Sequence record: NC_015274.1
Length of the DNA stretch: 32,000 bases
Strand: one strand, 5' to 3'
Source of the DNA: Streptococcus phage Dp-1
Shown here: positions 27,469-32,000 of the stretch, piece after piece
How positions within the stretch are numbered: position 1 is the stretch's first letter
Layout: every line of letters begins with the position of its first letter
The notes under the pieces: generated by a model
Told to the model about the DNA's origin: nothing
Database searches by the model: none
What the model saw: only the letters and a program-made list of their open reading frames with translations
Position numbers and translations under genes: made by a program

Positions 27469-27491
27469 AAATTCATTTATTATCGTATAAT
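27463..27491 (+). promoter_or_regulatory. Sigma-70-like promoter (TTGTAG-N17-TATAAT)
   Basis: TATAAT with 17-nt spacer almost identical to that of the 20017 promoter; -35 overlaps the primase stop codon. Confidence 0.75.
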
Positions 27492-27526
27492 AAAGTTAGA
27501 AAATTTTAAAAAGAGGTCATATCAAT

Positions 27527-28141
27527 ATGAAAGAAGCGAATAGACTAGTTTCTAGCTATGTAGGATTCGAATGCTGGACTGACGAAGAATGTATCAGGAA
27601 CTTTGAACTAGACCCTGATATGTCAATTGCGTCTGCTTATCATCGTTATTTTGGGATGCTTTATTCCTATGCAAAAAGGTTTAAATGCTTATCTCGACAT
27701 GACATTGAAAGCATTGCATTCGAGACTATTTCAAAATGTTTGGCAACGTTCAAATCAAACCAAGGGGCCAAGTTTTCAACTTACCTTACAAGACTCTTCA
27801 AGAATAGAATAGTCTTAGAATATAGGTACCTAAATGCACCTTCCATGAATCGAAATTGGTATGTAGAAGTGACGTTCGATAGCGTTTCGACAAATGAAGA
27901 AGGCGACGATTTTAGTATCCTATCGACAGTTGGCTATTGTGAAGACTACGGAAAAATTGAAATTGAAGCAAGTCTTGACTTCATGACGCTTTCTAATACA
28001 GAGTATGCTTATATCTCGTCTGTCATTCAAAACGGTCCTTCAGTAAGCGACGCAGAAATTGCGCGTGAAATTGGAGTAAGCAGGTCTGCTATTAGTCAGT
28101 CTAAGAAGTCACTAAAAAATAAATTAAAAGATTTTATATAA
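27527..28141 (+). CDS. RNA polymerase sigma-70-family-like protein
   Basis: Region 2-like YHRYFGMLYSYAKRFKCLSRHDIESIAFETISKCLATFKSNQGAKFSTYLTRLFKN and region 4-like SVSDAEIAREIGVSRSAISQSKKSLKNKL. Confidence 0.75.
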   Translation: MKEANRLVSSYVGFECWTDEECIRNFELDPDMSIASAYHRYFGMLYSYAKRFKCLSRHDIESIAFETISKCLATFKSNQGAKFSTYLTRLFKNRIVLEYRYLNAPSMNRNWYVEVTFDSVSTNEEGDDFSILSTVGYCEDYGKIEIEASLDFMTLSNTEYAYISSVIQNGPSVSDAEIAREIGVSRSAISQSKKSLKNKLKDFI

Positions 28142-28145
28142 CTGG

Positions 28146-28175
28146 TTTACAAATCACGTGAATTTCGTGTATATT
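28146..28175 (+). promoter_or_regulatory. Promoter (TTTACA-N18-TATATT) for ssDNA-binding-like gene
   Basis: Good -35 and near-consensus -10; spacer contains CACGTGAATTTCGTG. Confidence 0.7.
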
Positions 28176-28255
28176 ATATATGAAAGGACAAACTTTGAAA
28201 CCTTAAAAACTTCAAAAATCTTTCAACCATTAAAAACTTATAAAGGAGAATCGAT

Positions 28256-28984
28256 ATGGGAAAAGTATCAATTCAAAAATCAGGAACATTTAGCTCAGGG
28301 TCTAATAACGAGTTTTTCACACTCGCTGACCACGGTGACAGCGCAATTGTCACTCTATTGTATGATGACCCGGAAGGCGAAGACATGGATTATTTCGTAG
28401 TCCACGAAGCAGACGTTGACGGTCGTCGACGCTATATCAATTGCAATGCTATTGGCGAAGACGGGGAAACAGTCCATCCTGATAATTGTCCATTATGCCA
28501 AAACGGATTCCCTCGTATTGAAAAACTATTTCTTCAACTTTACAACCATGATACGGGAAAAGTTGAAACATGGGACCGAGGCCGTTCTTATGTTCAAAAG
28601 ATTGTTACATTTATCAATAAATATGGAAGCCTTGTGACTCAGCCTTTTGAAATTATTCGTTCAGGAGCTAAAGGTGACCAACGAACTACTTATGAATTCC
28701 TTCCAGAGCGTCCGGAAGACAGTGCTACTCTTGAAGATTTTCCAGAAAAGAGCGAACTTCTTGGAACTCTAATTTTAGACCTCGACGAAGACCAAATGTT
28801 TGACGTGGTTGACGGCAAGTTCACTCTTCAAGAAGAGCGTTCTTCAAGTCGTTCAAATTCACGTAGAGGAGCATCTCCTGCGCCTAGACGAGGTTCCGGT
28901 CGAGAATCTTCACAAGGTCGAACAGCTGAAAGAACTCCTTCAGTTAGTCGAAGAACTCCTCCAACACGAGGTCGAGGATTCTAA
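28256..28984 (+). CDS. ssDNA-binding-like protein with zinc-binding motif (gp32-type), basic C-terminus
   Basis: CNAIGEDGETVHPDNCPLCQNG zinc motif, location between sigma-like and DNA polymerase genes, C-terminal Arg/Ser/Pro-rich tail. Confidence 0.65.
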   Translation: MGKVSIQKSGTFSSGSNNEFFTLADHGDSAIVTLLYDDPEGEDMDYFVVHEADVDGRRRYINCNAIGEDGETVHPDNCPLCQNGFPRIEKLFLQLYNHDTGKVETWDRGRSYVQKIVTFINKYGSLVTQPFEIIRSGAKGDQRTTYEFLPERPEDSATLEDFPEKSELLGTLILDLDEDQMFDVVDGKFTLQEERSSSRSNSRRGASPAPRRGSGRESSQGRTAERTPSVSRRTPPTRGRGF

Positions 28985-28987
28985 CAT

Positions 28988-29010
28988 GAGGGCGCGAGCC
29001 CTCTTTATTA
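28988..29010 (+). terminator. Terminator between ssDNA-binding-like gene and DNA polymerase gene
   Basis: GAGGGC-GCGA-GCCCTC then TTTATTA. Confidence 0.7.
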
Positions 29011-29031
29011 TTGATTAAGAAAGGGAAAATA

Positions 29032-31371
29032 ATGGCACAAAAAGGACTCTTTGGTGCAAAGCCTCGTTCTAGCAAGAAGAACGATGCTCAGTTACTTGCT
29101 CAACGGAAAAACAGGAAGCCTGCAGTTGAGGTTACTTACATTTCAGGAAACGCTCTAAAGGACGCAGTTGCTAGAGCTCGTACTCTTTCAACTAGGATTC
29201 TTGGACACGTTCTTGATAGACTTGAGTTAATCACTGAGGAAGCAAAACTCGAGCAGTATGTAGACAAAATGATTGAAGACGGAATAGGTTCTATTGACGT
29301 AGAAACTGATGGACTCGATACTATTCACGATGAGCTGGCAGGAGTCTGCTTGTACTCACCTAGTCAAAAAGGAATCTATGCTCCTGTCAATCATGTTAGC
29401 AATATGACGAAGATGCGAATTAAGAATCAAATTTCTCCTGAGTTCATGAAGAAAATGCTTCAACGGATTGTAGATTCAGGAATTCCTGTCATCTATCATA
29501 ATTCGAAATTTGACATGAAATCGATTTATTGGCGACTCGGCGTCAAAATGAATGAGCCAGCGTGGGATACATATTTAGCCGCAATGCTTTTAAATGAAAA
29601 CGAGTCTCACAGCTTGAAAAGTCTTCACTCTAAATATGTTAGGAACGAAGAAAACGCAGAGGTTGCAAAATTTAATGACTTATTTAAAGGAATTCCTTTT
29701 AGTTTAATTCCTCCTGATGTTGCCTATATGTATGCGGCCTATGACCCTTTGCAAACTTTCGAACTCTATGAATTTCAAGAACAATACTTGACTCCAGGAA
29801 CTGAACAATGTGAAGAATATAACCTGGAAAAAGTCTCATGGGTTCTTCATAATATTGAGATGCCTCTAATTAAAGTTCTCTTCGACATGGAAGTCTACGG
29901 TGTCGACTTAGACCAAGATAAGCTGGCAGAAATTAGAGAACAGTTTACTGCCAATATGAACGAGGCTGAGCAAGAGTTTCAACAGCTTGTCAGCGAATGG
30001 CAGCCTGAAATTGAAGAACTTCGACAAACTAATTTCCAGAGCTATCAAAAACTCGAAATGGATGCAAGAGGTCGAGTGACGGTAAGCATTTCCAGTCCTA
30101 CTCAATTAGCAATTCTGTTTTATGATATCATGGGATTGAAAAGTCCTGAAAGGGATAAACCTAGAGGAACAGGCGAAAGTATTGTCGAGCATTTTGATAA
30201 CGATATCTCAAAAGCACTTTTGAAATATAGAAAATATGCAAAATTAGTTTCGACCTATACAACACTTGACCAACACCTTGCAAAGCCTGACAATCGAATT
30301 CACACTACATTCAAACAGTACGGAGCTAAGACAGGGCGTATGTCAAGTGAGAATCCTAACTTACAGAATATTCCTTCTCGCGGTGAGGGTGCAGTAGTTC
30401 GACAAATCTTTGCAGCCAGTGAAGGGCATTACATTATTGGTAGTGACTACTCTCAACAAGAACCTCGTTCATTGGCGGAATTAAGTGGCGACGAAAGTAT
30501 GCGACATGCTTACGAACAAAACCTGGACCTATATTCAGTTATCGGTTCGAAACTTTATGGTGTTCCCTATGAAGAGTGTTTAGAGTTCTATCCCGACGGA
30601 ACGACTAACAAGGAAGGAAAACTTCGAAGAAATTCTGTCAAGTCCGTTCTTTTAGGTCTTATGTACGGCCGCGGGGCTAACTCAATCGCTGAGCAGATGA
30701 ATGTATCTGTCAAAGAAGCGAATAAGGTTATTGAAGATTTCTTCACCGAGTTCCCTAAAGTGGCAGACTATATCATATTCGTTCAACAGCAGGCGCAGGA
30801 CTTGGGATATGTTCAAACAGCTACCGGTCGAAGAAGAAGGCTTCCTGATATGAGTCTTCCTGAATACGAGTTCGAGTATATCGACGCTAGCAAGAACGAA
30901 GATTTCGACCCCTTTAACTTTGACGCAGACCAACAGATGGACGATACTGTTCCTGAACATATTATCGAAAAATATTGGGCCCAGCTAGATAGAGCCTGGG
31001 GATTTAAGAAGAAGCAAGAAATTAAAGACCAGGCAAAAGCCGAAGGAATTCTTATTAAGGATAACGGAGGCAAGATAGCTGATGCTCAGCGCCAATGTTT
31101 GAACTCAGTTATTCAAGGAACGGCAGCCGACATGACTAAGTACGCAATGATTAAGGTACACAATGACGCTGAATTGAAAGAATTAGGATTCCATTTAATG
31201 ATTCCAGTTCACGATGAGTTACTAGGTGAGGTTCCTATCAAGAACGCAAAACGGGGAGCAGAAAGGTTGACAGAAGTTATGATTGAAGCAGCCAAGGACA
31301 TTATTAGTCTTCCAATGAAATGTGACCCCAGTATAGTAGAAAGATGGTATGGTGAAGAAATTGAAATCTAA
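29032..31371 (+). CDS. DNA polymerase I-type (family A) with 3'-5' exonuclease domain
   Basis: SIDVETDGLDT (Exo I), GSDYSQQEPRSLAELSGD (motif A), KLRRNSVKSVLLGLMYGRG (motif B), IPVHDELLGE (motif C). ATG 29032 preferred over TTG 29011. Confidence 0.96.
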   Translation: MAQKGLFGAKPRSSKKNDAQLLAQRKNRKPAVEVTYISGNALKDAVARARTLSTRILGHVLDRLELITEEAKLEQYVDKMIEDGIGSIDVETDGLDTIHDELAGVCLYSPSQKGIYAPVNHVSNMTKMRIKNQISPEFMKKMLQRIVDSGIPVIYHNSKFDMKSIYWRLGVKMNEPAWDTYLAAMLLNENESHSLKSLHSKYVRNEENAEVAKFNDLFKGIPFSLIPPDVAYMYAAYDPLQTFELYEFQEQYLTPGTEQCEEYNLEKVSWVLHNIEMPLIKVLFDMEVYGVDLDQDKLAEIREQFTANMNEAEQEFQQLVSEWQPEIEELRQTNFQSYQKLEMDARGRVTVSISSPTQLAILFYDIMGLKSPERDKPRGTGESIVEHFDNDISKALLKYRKYAKLVSTYTTLDQHLAKPDNRIHTTFKQYGAKTGRMSSENPNLQNIPSRGEGAVVRQIFAASEGHYIIGSDYSQQEPRSLAELSGDESMRHAYEQNLDLYSVIGSKLYGVPYEECLEFYPDGTTNKEGKLRRNSVKSVLLGLMYGRGANSIAEQMNVSVKEANKVIEDFFTEFPKVADYIIFVQQQAQDLGYVQTATGRRRRLPDMSLPEYEFEYIDASKNEDFDPFNFDADQQMDDTVPEHIIEKYWAQLDRAWGFKKKQEIKDQAKAEGILIKDNGGKIADAQRQCLNSVIQGTAADMTKYAMIKVHNDAELKELGFHLMIPVHDELLGEVPIKNAKRGAERLTEVMIEAAKDIISLPMKCDPSIVERWYGEEIEI

Positions 31372-31882
31372 AATCTATTCAGTTGCATATATAATTCTAG
31401 TAGTTATTGCGAACCTTGTGACAATTTATTTCGAACCTTTAAATGTGAAAGGAATTTTAATTCCTCCAAGCAGTTGGTTTATGGGATTCACTTTCCTGCT
31501 TATAAATCTAATAAGCAAGTACGAGAAGCCAAAATTTGCAGGTTCTTTGATATGGGTAGGGTTATTCCTTACCTCGTTGATTTGCTTTATGCAAAACCTA
31601 CCACAATCGCTTGTCGTGGCTTCAGGAGTTGCATTTTGGATAAGTCAAAAAGCAAGTGTCTTTATATTCGACAAGCTCTCGAATAAATTAGACTCGAAGA
31701 TTGCAAATGCTTTGTCTAGCAACATCGGTTCTATTATAGACGCAACCATATGGATTTCATTAGGACTGAGTCCTCTTGGAATTGGAACGGTTGCATATAT
31801 AGATATTCCGTCAGCCGTACTAGGCCAAGTTCTAGTTCAGTTTATCTTGCAGTCAATTGCTTCGAGATATTTGAAAAAGTAG
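31349..31882 (+). CDS. VUT/YhhQ-like (DUF165) membrane protein, probable queuosine-precursor transporter
   Basis: Multiple hydrophobic segments plus family-like motifs SGVAFWISQKASVFIFDKL and SNIGSIIDATIWISLGL. Confidence 0.7.
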   Translation: MVKKLKSKIYSVAYIILVVIANLVTIYFEPLNVKGILIPPSSWFMGFTFLLINLISKYEKPKFAGSLIWVGLFLTSLICFMQNLPQSLVVASGVAFWISQKASVFIFDKLSNKLDSKIANALSSNIGSIIDATIWISLGLSPLGIGTVAYIDIPSAVLGQVLVQFILQSIASRYLKK

Positions 31883-31955
31883 TCAGGAAAATTCCTGATT
31901 ATCTTGCAGTCAATTGCTTCGAGATATTTGAAAAAGTAGTCAGGAAAATTCCTGA
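31842..31955 (+). repeat. 57-bp perfect tandem duplication (2 copies) covering gene end and terminator stem
   Basis: TTATCTTGCAGTCAATTGCTTCGAGATATTTGAAAAAGTAGTCAGGAAAATTCCTGA at 31842..31898 and 31899..31955. Confidence 0.98.
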
Positions 31956-31966
31956 TTATTTTTTTT
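31940..31966 (+). terminator. Terminator after transporter gene
   Basis: TCAGGAAAATTCCTGA hairpin followed by TTATTTTTTTT. Confidence 0.7.
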
Positions 31967-31976
31967 ACAAAAACGC

Positions 31977-32000
31977 TTGACTTTATTCATTCATTATTAT
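31977..32000 (+). promoter_or_regulatory. Promoter cut by the window end (TTGACT + conserved spacer)
   Basis: TTGACT then TTATTCATTCATTATTA, matching the spacer of the 20017 and 27463 promoters; the -10 would lie outside the window. Confidence 0.6.

Noticed and set aside
28158-28400. 80-aa ORF upstream of and overlapping the ssDNA-binding-like gene
   Set aside because: Lies over the promoter -10/leader and runs into the real gene in another frame; no RBS.
28800-29018. 72-aa ORF over the basic tail region
   Set aside because: Alternative frame of the Arg/Ser-rich tail, no initiation signal, ends in the intergenic hairpin area.
31750-31980. 76-aa ORF with repeated YLAVNCFEIFEKVVRKIPDY
   Set aside because: The repeat comes directly from the 57-bp DNA duplication in a non-coding frame; overlaps the transporter gene and terminator.
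1-32000. Search for integrase, repressor, att sites or transposons
   Set aside because: None recognisable in this window; gene content fits a virulent phage.

Overview
The window is the structural, lysis and early replication half of a virulent siphovirus of Streptococcus. The endolysin at 18907..19797 is recognisable as Pal of pneumococcal phage Dp-1 (amidase plus choline-binding repeats), so the window is very probably Dp-1 or a near-identical phage. Gene order is: portal (5' truncated), zinc-ribbon ORF, minor head protein, scaffold, capsid, connectors, major tail protein, tail assembly chaperone pair, tape measure, Dit, large collagen-like tail protein, DUF859-like protein, DUF1366-like protein, holins, pal. 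This is followed by SNF2 helicase, small DNA-binding proteins, Gp157-like protein, helicase loader, DnaB-like helicase, primase, sigma-like factor, zinc-finger ssDNA-binding-like protein, family A DNA polymerase and a VUT/YhhQ-like (queuosine precursor) transporter. The strongest unexplained signals are at sequence scale. (1) GATC is absent by eye across about 30 kb, yet occurs 8 times in a 2-kb island (14725..16709) inside the tail-tip genes. (2) TCGA is strongly over-represented and appears in all three codon phases. (3) Three promoters share a nearly identical 17-nt spacer. (4) A ~70-nt two-hairpin RNA-like element with mutually exclusive pairings lies upstream of an unknown ORF. (5) The tail assembly chaperone pair needs a +1/-2 rather than -1 frameshift if it is fused. 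(6) Portal and the next gene overlap so that one frame encodes an acidic tail and the other a basic head. (7) A 57-bp tandem duplication covers a gene end and its terminator stem. No CRISPR, tRNA or transposon was supported.
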